A DNA stretch of 21,234 nucleotides from a virus. Its lineage: Duplodnaviria; Heunggongvirae; Uroviricota; Caudoviricetes. Positions 1 through 9,544 of this stretch are shown here, piece by piece; position 1 is the first letter of the stretch, and every line of letters begins with the position of its first letter. The stretch lies in IMG/VR virus record IMGVR_UViG_2698536401_000006; one strand, 5' to 3'. A model generated the notes under the pieces. It was not told the origin of the DNA and did not search any database. It saw only the letters and a list, made by a program, of their open reading frames with translations. The position numbers were made by a program, and so were the translations under genes.

Positions 1-11
1 AGGGGGCCAGT

Positions 12-32
12 CTACTTTTTGTTGACTTCCAT
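12..32 (-). pseudogene. Terminase small subunit Nu1 N-terminal remnant (MEVNKK then in-frame TAG)
   Basis: ATG GAA GTC AAC AAA AAG matches the lambda nu1 start, but codon 7 is TAG (lambda has CAG) and the downstream sequence diverges. Only 11 nt are visible before the window edge. Confidence 0.45.
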
Positions 33-260
33 TGTTCATTCCACGGACAAAAACAGAGAAAGGAAACGACAGAGGCCAAAAAGCTCGCTTTCAGCACCTG
101 TCGTTTCCTTTCTTTTCAGGGGGTATTTTAAATAAAAACATTAAGTTACGACGAAGAAGAACGGAAATGCCTTAAACCGGAAAATTTTCATAAATAGCGA
201 AAACCCGCGAGGTCGCCGCCCCGTAACCTGTCGGATCGCCGGAAAGGACCCGAAAAATGA
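33..260 (-). other. Lambda-type cos region: cosN 12-nt cohesive-end sequence GGGCGGCGACCT at 210-221 (minus orientation), cosB side toward 33, cosQ side 222-260
   Basis: The reverse complement of 1-260 is nearly identical to the remembered phage lambda right-end/left-end junction (...CGACAGGTTACG | GGGCGGCGACCTCGCGGGTTTTCGCTATTTATGAAAATTTTCCGGTTTAAGG...GTGGAATGAACAATGGAAGTCAAC). Confidence 0.8.
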
Positions 261-420
261 TAATAATTATCATCTACATATCACAACGTGCATCTACGCC
301 ATCAAACCACGTCAAATAATCAATTATGACGCAGGTATCGTATTAATTGATCTGCATCAACTTAACGTAAAAACAACTTCAGACAATACAAATCAGCGAC
401 ACTGAATACGGGGCAACCTC

Positions 421-654
421 ATGTCAACTAAGAACAGAACCCGCAGAACAACAACCCGCAACATCCGCTTTCCTAACCAAATGATTGAACAAATTAACAT
501 CGCTCTTGAGCAAAAAGGGTCTGGGAATTTCTCAGCCTGGGTCATTGAAGCCTGCCGCCGGAGACTGTGCTCAGAAAAAAGAGTTTCTTCTGAAGCAAAC
601 AAAGAAAAGAGTGACATTACTGAATTGCTCAGAAAACAGGTCAGACCAGATTGA
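421..654 (+). CDS. Small ribbon-helix-helix (CopG/Arc-like) DNA-binding protein, YnfO/YlcI-like
   Basis: 77 aa ORF. The segment IRFPNQMIEQINIALEQKG..NFSAWVIEACRRRL has the beta-strand/helix/helix pattern of RHH proteins. Weak RBS; start uncertain (alternative Met at 481). Confidence 0.5.
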   Translation: MSTKNRTRRTTTRNIRFPNQMIEQINIALEQKGSGNFSAWVIEACRRRLCSEKRVSSEANKEKSDITELLRKQVRPD

Positions 655-696
655 AGAAATTTAGATAATCGTGCAGACTACGCCCCCTCATATCAC

Positions 697-1122
697 ATGG
701 AAGGTTTATCTATGGATCAGGTAGTCATCTTTAAACAAATATTTGATAAAGTTCGAAACGATTTAAACTATCAATGGTTTTATTCTGAGCTAAAACGTCA
801 CAATGTCTCACATTACATTTACTATTTAGCCACAGAGAATGTTCATATTGTATTAAAAAATGATAATACAGTGTTATTAAAGGGCCTAAAAAACATTGTG
901 TCTGTCAAATTTTCAAAGGATAGGCATCTTATAGAAACGACCTCTAATAAGCTGAAATCCAGAGAGATCACATTTCAGGAATACAGAAGAAACCTTGCTA
1001 AAGCAGGAGTTTTTCGGTGGGTTACAAATATCCACGAACAAAAAAGATATTACTATACCTTTGATAATTCATTACTATTTACTGAAAGCATCCAGAAAAC
1101 TACACAGATCTTACCACGCTAA
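697..1122 (+). CDS. ydfO: YdfO-like protein (DUF1398 family), prophage accessory gene
   Basis: 141 aa ORF, placed between cos and gnsB as ydfO is in K-12 Qin as I recall it. Opposite strand to the late operon. Start may be the internal Met at 712. Confidence 0.55.
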
Positions 1123-1273
1123 ACCATAACGTCCGGCTTCTCTCACTCCTGAGCCGGACTGCATTGGTTTAATAAAAACCATCAACAATTGTGATTTAGA
1201 TATTCGGAACCATTCAAATATAACAAAACCCCGTAAAAACGAGGTTTATGGATAAATTTTATTATTGAATACA

Positions 1274-1447
1274 TCAGATTAAATTAATCTTGACATCATA
1301 GCTTTCAAGACCCGTCATTTTTTCCCGTGCGGTAAACTGAATACTGGTAACTTCTTTCCCGGTCTTTTTCTTAAGTTCAATAATTTTTTTTGTTATATAT
1401 TCAGAAATATCTGCTTCTGCTTTTGTTTTTAAGTTTTCAATATTCAT
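1274..1447 (-). CDS. gnsB: GnsB-like small protein (Gns family)
   Basis: 57 aa ORF found by manual translation (absent from the ORF track): MNIENLKTKAEADISEYITKKIIELKKKTGKEVTSIQFTAREKMTGLESYDVKINLI, resembling remembered GnsA/GnsB. SD AAGAGGAA upstream; TGA stop at 1274-1276. Confidence 0.75.
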   Translation of the reverse strand: MNIENLKTKAEADISEYITKKIIELKKKTGKEVTSIQFTAREKMTGLESYDVKINLI

Positions 1448-1618
1448 CATTTCCTCTTTTAGTCTGTTATGACTTTCCAGTTACACAGTAAGTCGATTAT
1501 ATGGTGCAAACGTGTAAAAGATAAGATGAAACATCGCAATAATCAACATACGATAGTCTAAATTTTACACAAACAGACAAAGAGAATTTTCCTGAATTAT
1601 CAATGCAATAGCATCAAA

Positions 1619-1849
1619 TCAACTCAAGAGCCTTATTGCTGCTTCCAGAATTTCTTCTGAAGTAACATGTCGATCCGCGGCTACATAAATGACTTTATGA
1701 TCTCCGGTCAGAGATGGAAACCCTGCGGCCATTACAGTAAGGTGTGTTTTTTCGCCATTTGGATATTCACGCATGATGGTGTTAACTCCAGTCATCGCTG
1801 GCACTACCACTGCTGGTTCAGAGTTAAAAAAAACTATGATTTTTTTCAT
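1619..1849 (-). CDS. Hypothetical small protein, YnfN-like by position
   Basis: ORF 1619-1891; the likely start is the internal ATG at 1849 (MKKIIVFF...). Sits between gnsB and cspI as ynfN does in K-12 Qin. No recognisable domain. Confidence 0.5.
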   Translation of the reverse strand: MKKIIVFFNSEPAVVVPAMTGVNTIMREYPNGEKTHLTVMAAGFPSLTGDHKVIYVAADRHVTSEEILEAAIRLLS

Positions 1850-2120
1850 GATGTTACCGTAGTATGTGAGTATCCATCGAATAGACACCAAGCAAAAAAG
1901 CTCCCGAAGGAGCCTTCATTTTCACTTTTTTAAATCCAACGACAGACGGCTGGCATTTAAGTATTGTGAAATATTATCAAATGTAATCATCATTGATTTA
2001 CAAAAGATACATTTTGCCCCGAAAGGATTCATGTCAGAAACATCAAAAGATGATGTTCTATACTGGGAACCATGACAACACGGGCATCTAAAGTGAATAT
2101 GGTTTGTAATATTGTCTACC

Positions 2121-2333
2121 TCAAAGCGCCACTACATGAACAGCGGCAGGACCTTTAGGTCCGTTCTCAATACCAAATTCAACTTCCTGATTCTCAGTTA
2201 ATGTTTTGAAATCGTTGCTCTGAATTGCTGAGAAATGGACAAACACATCTTTGCTGCCATCTTTCGGCGTGATGAAACCAAAACCTTTTTCAGGGTTAAA
2301 CCATTTCACTAAACCAGTCATTTTGTTAGACAT
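2121..2333 (-). CDS. cspI: Cold shock protein CspI (CspA family)
   Basis: 70 aa with the signature [37 protein letters not shown] (RNP1/RNP2 motifs KGFGFI and VFVHF). Confidence 0.9.
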   Translation of the reverse strand: MSNKMTGLVKWFNPEKGFGFITPKDGSKDVFVHFSAIQSNDFKTLTENQEVEFGIENGPKGPAAVHVVAL

Positions 2334-2695
2334 AATTATTACCTTTTGAAGAAATTAGCCCTTGGGCAGAATGGTCCGAAAAAAAATATCAGAGAGAAAA
2401 ACCAACAAGGAAATCTCAAGAGGTACAAATAATAAAATTATAACAATGACTGCTTCAGATAAATTTGTAACAAACCAGAACACCATTAACGCATGATTAA
2501 CCACCCATAGCAAGGATTACTTTTGTAAAGAAAAACACAGCAATGAAAGAATAGCTTTATTTATTAATAAAACGTGTCATTCTGATTAAGACCTTTTATC
2601 TTACCCTTAAGATTTCAGGAATTTTGGCTCATGGAAGAGTCCTTTTTATTTAAATTTTACATTCCGCGATGTAAATGTTCCGATTTAATATTACC

Positions 2696-3719
<1,024 letters not shown>

Positions 3720-3723
<4 letters not shown>

Positions 3724-4031
3724 AGATATTTATGATGAGGACGCTCGTGCTTATTGGCAGGATTTTCAATCTTAAAGGAGTACTGATGCTGCAGATAAGA
3801 CTCAACTTTTTCTGACAATTTTTCTGCTACTTCCAGGAAGACTTGCCGGACGCTCCTTCTGGCTGCTGCCTCATAAAACTCCAGCGCAGCTCCTTCAACA
3901 CGGTCCATGGCGACATCCAGGTCAAAAATTTCACCGTCAAAGCGTTCTTTGTCCTGTAAGGCTACAGTTACCGTAACTTTATTCTCAAAATTACGGACTC
4001 CTTTCACAACCAGTTCATAGTCTTGAGTCAT
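3720..4031 (-). CDS. ydfR: YdfR-like protein encoded between holin and endolysin
   Basis: 103 aa ORF translationally coupled (ATGA overlap) to the endolysin. Same position and length as K-12 ydfR as I recall it. Confidence 0.6.
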
Positions 4032-4035
4032 TGGA

Positions 4036-4251
4036 TTACTCTCCTCTCGCAGCCTTACGCCTGTCTTCTTTAATCTTGAAATAAAGATTTGTCAGATACG
4101 TCAGCAGGCCAAAAACCAGGCTACCCAGCACACCGATTGCAGCCCACTGTGACGGAGTTACTTTATCGAGTAACTGCAATGCCCAGAAACCAGCATTACC
4201 CGCCGATGTGCCATAGGCAACACCTGTTGTTAACTTATCCATTGATTTCAT
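4036..4251 (-). CDS. essQ: Holin (EssQ/EssD type), dual-start motif MKSM
   Basis: 71 aa from the ATG at 4251 ([14 protein letters not shown]...) with TM segments. SD GGTGAGGA upstream. Met1/Met4 dual start as in holin/antiholin pairs. The ORF track extends to 4326, but that upstream stretch lacks an RBS. Confidence 0.8.
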   Translation of the reverse strand: MKSMDKLTTGVAYGTSAGNAGFWALQLLDKVTPSQWAAIGVLGSLVFGLLTYLTNLYFKIKEDRRKAARGE

Positions 4252-4470
4252 ATCCTCACCCCGATGTACACGGATGGTGCAATATGTTTGAAAAGATCGG
4301 AGTCTACGGGGTAGTTTTGACAGCACACGTTGTTCTCAACGGCGCTAAAAAAACATACACATTAAAAATGTGGGTAATTATTTTGAAAGAAAGTCATATA
4401 TAAAATAATAATACGAGAAATGTTTTCATATTTAGTGTACTGTATACGGCCATTTATACAGGAAAAGCCT

Positions 4471-4641
4471 ATGTCAGAACGTAAAAACTCAAAATCACGC
4501 CGTAATTATCTCGTTAAATGTTCCTGCCCAAACTGCACCCAAGAGTCAGAACACAGTTTTTCAAGAGTACAAAAAGGTGCCCTTTTGATCTGCCCTCATT
4601 GCAACAAAGTATTCCAGACAAATCTTAAAGCTGTAGCCTGA
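4471..4641 (+). CDS. Small zinc-ribbon protein (CxxC...CxxC), YnfU-like
   Basis: 56 aa from the ATG at 4471 (MSERKNSKSRRNYLVKCSCPNCTQESEHSFSRVQKGALLICPHCNKVF...). Two CxxC pairs; AGGAAAAG upstream. Followed by the hairpin at 4701-4726. Confidence 0.45.
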   Translation: MSERKNSKSRRNYLVKCSCPNCTQESEHSFSRVQKGALLICPHCNKVFQTNLKAVA

Positions 4642-4700
4642 TTGATTTTATTAGTAACAAGTATTTTTTATATTTTAATAATATATTTAAAGCAGATAAT

Positions 4701-4726
4701 AAAAAACCCGCCTGAGCGGGTTTGAG
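4701..4726 (-). terminator. Rho-independent terminator (hairpin CCCGC-ctga-GCGGG), strongest on the minus strand downstream of cspB
   Basis: The minus strand reads CCCGCTCAGGCGGG followed by TTTTTTATT. The plus strand has a poly-A before and a short T tract after, so it may act bidirectionally. Confidence 0.7.
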
Positions 4727-5004
4727 ATTGTGGTGCTTTTTGTGGGAGTCATCCACTTACGCACTTTGTTTTGCCATGCCAGCAGTTAGCTTCTGCTGTA
4801 AAACTATTCATGCAGCAAACCTGCACTTCACCACAATGGTTAGCATACTTTTCCTGATTAAGATTTTGCCAAATATGCTAGCCATTGTTTCATGTATTGG
4901 ACCTCCTTACTTTTTATTAAAGAGATCCAATATTCACTACTCTGTCCGTATCTCTACTCAGGCATCAGCCTTCTTCGTTATCGTATACAGACGAGCGATG
5001 AATT

Positions 5005-5220
5005 TTAATCAGTAATGATGACATTTGCTGCTGCAGGACCTTTAGCACCACTCTCTATAGAGAAGGTAACCTTTTGACCTTCAAATAAGGTTCGATAATT
5101 ATCATTCTGAATCGCAGAAAAATGCACAAACACATCTTTACTACCATCAACAGGAGAAATAAAGCCGAAACCTTTATCAGCGTTAAACCATTTTACTAAA
5201 CCAGTCATTTTATTTGACAT
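5005..5220 (-). CDS. cspB: Cold shock protein CspB
   Basis: 71 aa: [67 protein letters not shown]..., CspA-family signature. Confidence 0.9.
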   Translation of the reverse strand: MSNKMTGLVKWFNADKGFGFISPVDGSKDVFVHFSAIQNDNYRTLFEGQKVTFSIESGAKGPAAANVIITD

Positions 5221-5520
5221 TCTACATTCCTTAACTTGAGCCTTTCGGCATAAATGGTTTGCATAACAGAAACGACTTCGTACTTAATTGGAGAGACTCA
5301 AAGAAGGAATAAGTGAATAACACCTGAAATGAGAACTGCTTTAGTAAACTACTTCGTATATCGTCTGTTCTTCAAACCGACGCAATCATTAACGCATAGT
5401 TGAACATATGAAGCAATGTTTATTTTAGACATCCAGCCATCTTCAACCCCATCAAAAAACTATAGCTTTCTTCAGGAACGTGTGTATAGTGCGCCAAGTT
5501 ATCAGTATTAAGGAATTTTT

Positions 5521-5733
5521 TTGTCCCGTAAAATGACAGGAATTGTCAAAACCTTTGACGGCAAAAGCGGCAAGGGTCTTATCACCCCATCCGATGGTCG
5601 TATCGATGTCCAGCTTCATGTTTCAGCGCTCAATCTCCGCGATGCAGAAGAAATTACCACCGGATTACGCGTGGAATTTTGCCGGATAAATGGTCTGCGT
5701 GGCCCTTCAGCTGCCAATGTTTACCTTTCATGA
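5521..5733 (+). CDS. cspF: Cold shock protein homolog CspF/CspH type
   Basis: 70 aa: [26 protein letters not shown]...[21 protein letters not shown]. The track start at 5521 is a TTG codon; an in-frame ATG lies at 5533. Confidence 0.8.
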
Positions 5734-5787
5734 GCTATATTAAAGCTTTAATTTCAGGCCCCATCGGATCACACATGGAGAGTTTTT

Positions 5788-5877
5788 ATGAATAACCCCG
5801 TCTGTCTTGATGACTGGTTGATTGGCTTTAAAAGCTTATGCTGTACTTTGGCCGTAATAGCTCTGCTAATAATATAA
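5788..5877 (+). CDS. Possible 29 aa hydrophobic small peptide
   Basis: Manual translation gives [29 protein letters not shown], with GGAGAG 6 nt upstream of the ATG. Below the ORF-track size cutoff; speculative. Confidence 0.3.
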
Positions 5878-6025
5878 TAAGCAGACTCATTGTGTTTAGG
5901 GACATTGTACTGGAAGAAAACATTTTAAACATCAGGCAAATAACCAAGTCACCAGCTAAATAATAAGTTAACAGACATGAGTCCCGGGATGAGATTCAAC
6001 ATTACCATTGCCCCATTTAAAGCAC

Positions 6026-6059
6026 AAAACCCGCTCATCAGCGGGTTTTCTACTTTTTC
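6026..6059. terminator. Bidirectional hairpin terminator (CCCGCT-catc-AGCGGG), candidate tR' for the late promoter
   Basis: A GC-rich stem flanked by T-runs on both strands (plus TTTTCTACTTTTTC, minus TTTTGTGCTTT), lying about 40-60 nt downstream of the pR'-like promoter on the minus strand. Confidence 0.65.
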
Positions 6060-6094
6060 TTAACGTCGGGTATACAAAGCCCATCGTTGAAAAA

Positions 6095-6123
6095 ATTTTA
6101 TCCATATTTTTTGAAAAATGCAA
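6095..6123 (-). promoter_or_regulatory. pR'-like sigma-70 late promoter just downstream of Q (TTGCAT-N17-TAAAAT)
   Basis: The minus strand reads TTGCATTTTTCAAAAAATATGGATAAAAT: -35 at 6123-6118, a 17-nt spacer, and -10 at 6100-6095. Position relative to the Q gene is as in lambdoid phages. Confidence 0.6.
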
Positions 6124-6154
6124 ACATCATGTCGCCATCTTCAGCAAAAATCAT

Positions 6155-6907
6155 TTATCTCGTCACCTTCCTCAATTGCGCTTCCGCGTATGCTTCTTCC
6201 TGCCAGCACTTTGTTACCAGTTTACCAATGACGTCCGCATACCCCTTATACCACTGATAATCGGTCAGGTCTGGTACCAGCTTCTGGACATGACGTCGTG
6301 CCAGCGTGGTCGGTAAACGACTAAACCGGTTTCCATTACAACGCCCACAAATCTTATATACCGGTACGCCATGAAACCGGGTTCTTTTTTCATCCAGAAC
6401 AATCCCTTTACCCTTACACCCTCTGCACGCTGTGCTGGCTTCGCCCTTACCATGGCAATGCTGACATAGTTCCTTCACCCATTCTTCCTTGATTACAGAT
6501 TCCCCGCGTCTGTAGTGTTTCACCACTTCGCGCAATACATTATAAAATCCCGTACCTGAACAATGCTCACAGCGAGCCTTACTTGCCGCAGACCTGGAGT
6601 AATCAGCAAAGGCAAAACTCACGAGGTAAGGAATAATCTGTAACCGGATTTCTTCACTCAATTTGTTCAATGTCGGGTTATCCAGTGCCATCGCGTAATT
6701 TAGCAGGCCTTCAATCGCAAACTGAGGGTCCTGAACACCAACTTTTGCCAGAAATAAGGCCAACCCAAGTGGTGCTTTCGACTGCACCATCCCCTGCGCT
6801 GCCATTACATCCGTAATTGTTAAACAACCGGTGCCTGTCGCTGGAGCGTCATCGCTCAATTTTGGAGATTTTGGGGAGTAATATTTTGGTAAGGCTTCAA
6901 GGTTCAT
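6155..6907 (-). CDS. quuQ: Late-gene antiterminator Q homolog
   Basis: 250 aa from the ATG at 6907 (MNLEALPKYYSPKSPKLSDDAPATG...), with Cys-rich zinc-binding motifs (CEHCSGTG, CQHCHGKG, CRGCKGKG, CGRCNG). The ORF track begins 30 nt upstream at 6937. Confidence 0.85.
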   Translation of the reverse strand: MNLEALPKYYSPKSPKLSDDAPATGTGCLTITDVMAAQGMVQSKAPLGLALFLAKVGVQDPQFAIEGLLNYAMALDNPTLNKLSEEIRLQIIPYLVSFAFADYSRSAASKARCEHCSGTGFYNVLREVVKHYRRGESVIKEEWVKELCQHCHGKGEASTACRGCKGKGIVLDEKRTRFHGVPVYKICGRCNGNRFSRLPTTLARRHVQKLVPDLTDYQWYKGYADVIGKLVTKCWQEEAYAEAQLRKVTR

Positions 6908-6920
6908 GCTCGTTCTCCAC

Positions 6921-8009
6921 TTACGCCAGTACGCCAATTGTCAGCGCGCGATCGATAAAACGAAATATCAGCTCCAGTTGGGAGCCATACTTATCTTCAA
7001 ATGCCACTGTATCCGTATGCAGCTCGTTGTGATGCTTTCTGCACAAAGGCAACACAAAGAGATCATGTGCTTTTGTTCCCATTCCGCCCTGCCCGTGACC
7101 AATCAGATGATGCGGATCGTCGGCTGGCATACCGCAGCAAGCACACGGCTGTGTCTTAACCCAACGTGTGTATTTCTCCTTAACCCAGCGGCGACGTTTA
7201 GGCAGCTTCATGAAAGATTCCGGAGACTCTGGATCAACGGTGATGCTTACCACCGTCTTTTCCTGTGGTGATTTTTGTTGCTGGTGGGCGTAAGGCAACG
7301 GTGCAAGATTTTTTGTGCGTTGTTTCAATATGCTGGTGGCGGTCTGCTCTCCCGGTACGATGTCGCTTTCGCGGTACACCGAGCAGATTTTTTCCGCTGG
7401 TAATCCCAGCGAACGACGCGATACAGCCTCAGGTAGTGCATCCACCACCTGATTGCAGACCGCCCACCAGGATAATTCAGCCAAAGATAATTCCCGCTCC
7501 TGCGTACCGCTTATTGCGTGACGGATGACGTCAATCACCCATGCTGTCAGATTTTGTTGAGCAAGCAGCTCCAGTGATTCCGATGTCTGGTCACGCAGTT
7601 GGTTGTCGCAGTGCCAGCACAACACCATTGCGCCGGTACCATAACGGTGAATGACTGTTTCAGTGTGATGGTAATCGCCATTAGGCCACTGGCAGGATGT
7701 AACATGACGTAATAGCCAGTCGGACAATGCGCCAACGCCGCCAGCAGCACGAATCACCCGTTCGTTACTAAAAAACGGCAGCAATGTTTTGTCTTCCGCC
7801 AGCGGCTGGCGAACGGCAGGAACGACTCCGGATGGCAGATTACGCATGCTTTTTGGTTCCGGTTCCACCAGCACTCGAGGATTATGAAATATCTGTATGG
7901 ATTCACGGCCCGGCTTAAGGACCACCAGCCCAAGCTCAGGCACCAGAACAGGTCTAAGTAATACCCGCACGTTACCTCCAGATCCGTTGCTGGAAAGTGC
8001 GGGACGCAC
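6921..8009 (-). CDS. ydfU: YdfU-like protein (DUF968 family) with a C-terminal HNH-like Cys/His motif
   Basis: 362 aa ORF directly upstream of Q. C-terminal CACCGMPADDPHHLIGHG...CRKHHNELH. Start uncertain: the ORF overlaps the upstream rem-like ORF by 38 nt, and an internal Met (MRNLPSG) exists. Confidence 0.65.
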   Translation of the reverse strand: MRPALSSNGSGGNVRVLLRPVLVPELGLVVLKPGRESIQIFHNPRVLVEPEPKSMRNLPSGVVPAVRQPLAEDKTLLPFFSNERVIRAAGGVGALSDWLLRHVTSCQWPNGDYHHTETVIHRYGTGAMVLCWHCDNQLRDQTSESLELLAQQNLTAWVIDVIRHAISGTQERELSLAELSWWAVCNQVVDALPEAVSRRSLGLPAEKICSVYRESDIVPGEQTATSILKQRTKNLAPLPYAHQQQKSPQEKTVVSITVDPESPESFMKLPKRRRWVKEKYTRWVKTQPCACCGMPADDPHHLIGHGQGGMGTKAHDLFVLPLCRKHHNELHTDTVAFEDKYGSQLELIFRFIDRALTIGVLA

Positions 8010-8250
8010 GTGGTGGGCGTTCGGAATAAGGCAGCCTGACAGAGATTATCCAGTGCCGATAGTCGAGACTGAGAGCTTTCTTAACCTCGAACCCGCGCCT
8101 GCGGTAAGAATGAATCAGCCATTCGGCCTGTTCTGCAGTGCATGGAGGGTGCTGGAACCATTCAGACTTGAATGCGTGAGAATACCGCCCGTGCGTGCAG
8201 GCAAGAACGGGCGAATTATCAGAATTGTAATATTTTGCGTTGCGTGCCAT
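7972..8250 (-). CDS. rem: Rem-like small protein (assigned by position)
   Basis: 92 aa ORF between the ydfU-like gene and hokD, where rem lies in K-12 Qin. Named from position only. Confidence 0.5.
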   Translation of the reverse strand: MARNAKYYNSDNSPVLACTHGRYSHAFKSEWFQHPPCTAEQAEWLIHSYRRRGFEVKKALSLDYRHWIISVRLPYSERPPRASRTFQQRIWR

Positions 8251-8316
8251 CGGTTTTCTCCGGTGGCACGGTGTTACTCAGCGGGAGTTCAGCCCCGCGC
8301 AAGATTGTAGATGAGT

Positions 8317-8568
8317 TTATTCTCCTGAAAAAGCAGAAAAGCCAGCTTTTATTCCGATCTCTTTCAATGCCTGTAATGAAGTGACAAACTCACCTTCGCG
8401 CAAGATAAATCCGTCCGTGACCCGAGCATCCACAAAATTAATTAACGCAGCCCCATTCTTTCGCAAACACATAATGCGGTAATGACTAACAAGATTTCCA
8501 TTTTCAACGCACACAGCATAGAGGCCATCTTCACAAAAAATTTTACGCAGTTCTTCGATGTTCATCAT
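8317..8568 (-). CDS. Hypothetical 83 aa protein, no recognisable family
   Basis: ORF with SD GGAAGGA 6 nt upstream of ATGATG, downstream of the relBE-hokD terminator. I do not recognise it. Confidence 0.5.
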   Translation of the reverse strand: MMNIEELRKIFCEDGLYAVCVENGNLVSHYRIMCLRKNGAALINFVDARVTDGFILREGEFVTSLQALKEIGIKAGFSAFSGE

Positions 8569-8685
8569 CAGAATCCTTCCGGATAATTAGCTCTCCCCTT
8601 TAAGGGACCATCCCTCTTATCCCTGCGCGCTACTTAAGTATTTTTGATTCTATTCCGGCACCGTCCAGAACTTCAAACGCGTTGA

Positions 8686-8714
8686 AAATAAAAACAAAAA
8701 CCCGCCGAAGCGGG
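8686..8714 (-). terminator. Rho-independent terminator of the relBE-hokD operon
   Basis: The minus strand reads CCCGCTTCGGCGGG followed by TTTTTGTTTTTATTT, about 70 nt downstream of the hokD stop. Confidence 0.75.
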
Positions 8715-8784
8715 TTAAGTGCGGGTGCGTTGAGGATGCCTGCCACATCAGAGGTGGCGAGGGATTTCTCCCCCGCCGGGTCTC

Positions 8785-8940
8785 TTACTCCTCAGGTTCG
8801 TAAGCTGTGAAGACAGCGACCTCCGTCTGGCCGGTTCGGATTCGTACCTCGCAGAGGTCTTTCCTCGTTACCAGTGCCGTCACTATGACGGTTAAACAGA
8901 TGACGATCAGGGCGATTAACATCGCCTTTTGCTGCTTCAT
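8785..8940 (-). CDS. hokD: Hok-family membrane toxin HokD (RelF)
   Basis: Manual translation gives MKQQKAMLIALIVICLTVIVTALVTRKDLCEVRIRTGQTEVAVFTAYEPEE (51 aa), matching remembered HokD. SD AGGAGAAG upstream. Absent from the ORF track because of its size. Confidence 0.85.
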   Translation of the reverse strand: MKQQKAMLIALIVICLTVIVTALVTRKDLCEVRIRTGQTEVAVFTAYEPEE

Positions 8941-9011
8941 AGCCTGCTTCTCCTGTCAACGCAAAGCAGAAGTGTCACCTTCGGTGCGAAACAGAGATGT
9001 CATGCTTTGGT

Positions 9012-9299
9012 TCAGAGAATGCGTTTGACCGCCTCGCTATATACTTCCGAGCGTTCTCTTTTCCCAACAGAAATCACGAAAACGACAACTTTCTCGTCTA
9101 TAACCTGGTATACAAGGCGATAGCCTGAAGACCGGAGCTTAATCTTGTAACAATCAGGCATACCACGGAGCTTGTTTGCTTCAATCCGGGGTGACTCAAG
9201 TACTTCAACCAGCTTCTTTTTCAACTGTTCACGTACCGTCGAGCCCAGCTTTCGCCATTCCTTTAGTGCCCGCTCGTCAAAATCCAGAAAATACGCCAT
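9012..9299 (-). CDS. relE: RelE mRNA interferase toxin
   Basis: 95 aa: MAYFLDFDERALKEWRKLGSTVREQLKKKLVEVLESPRIEANKLRGMPDCYKIKLRSSGYRLVYQVIDEKVVVFVISVGKRERSEVY..., matching remembered RelE. Start overlaps the relB stop (TGATG). Confidence 0.9.
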   Translation of the reverse strand: MAYFLDFDERALKEWRKLGSTVREQLKKKLVEVLESPRIEANKLRGMPDCYKIKLRSSGYRLVYQVIDEKVVVFVISVGKRERSEVYSEAVKRIL

Positions 9300-9538
9300 C
9301 AGAGTTCATCCAGCGTCACACGTACTGGCTTAGGATTACGAAGCCGTTCTTTCACTATCTCCACAAGTTCAGCATCTTCATCACTCAGGAGTGTCTGTTT
9401 GAACGGCAAGCGTTCATTGTCAGCGATATACTCGAGCATGAGACGAAGCGCTTCAGAAGGAGTTACACCCATTTTTTCAAGCGCGGCGTAAGAACGCGCT
9501 TTAAGTTCATCGTCAATACGCAGGTTAATGCTACCCAT
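9299..9538 (-). CDS. relB: RelB antitoxin
   Basis: 79 aa: MGSINLRIDDELKARSYAALEKMGVTPSEALRLMLEYIADNERLPFKQTLLSDEDAELVEIVKERLRNPKPVRVTLDEL. SD GAGG upstream. Confidence 0.9.
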   Translation of the reverse strand: MGSINLRIDDELKARSYAALEKMGVTPSEALRLMLEYIADNERLPFKQTLLSDEDAELVEIVKERLRNPKPVRVTLDEL

Positions 9539-9544
9539 GTCTTA

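Noticed and set aside
1667-2075. Plus-strand ORFs of 88 and 69 aa from the track
   Set aside because: They are antisense to or overlap the ynfN-like gene, and nothing supports them.
4036-4326. Extended 96 aa holin ORF starting at 4326
   Set aside because: The N-terminal 25 codons have no RBS. The conserved holin starts at the ATG at 4251, which has a strong SD.
6008-7528. Several plus-strand and alternative-frame ORFs (6008-6316, 6265-6453, 6817-7032, 6906-7271, 7265-7528, 7547-7750)
   Set aside because: They overlap the well-supported quuQ and ydfU-like genes on the opposite strand or in other frames.
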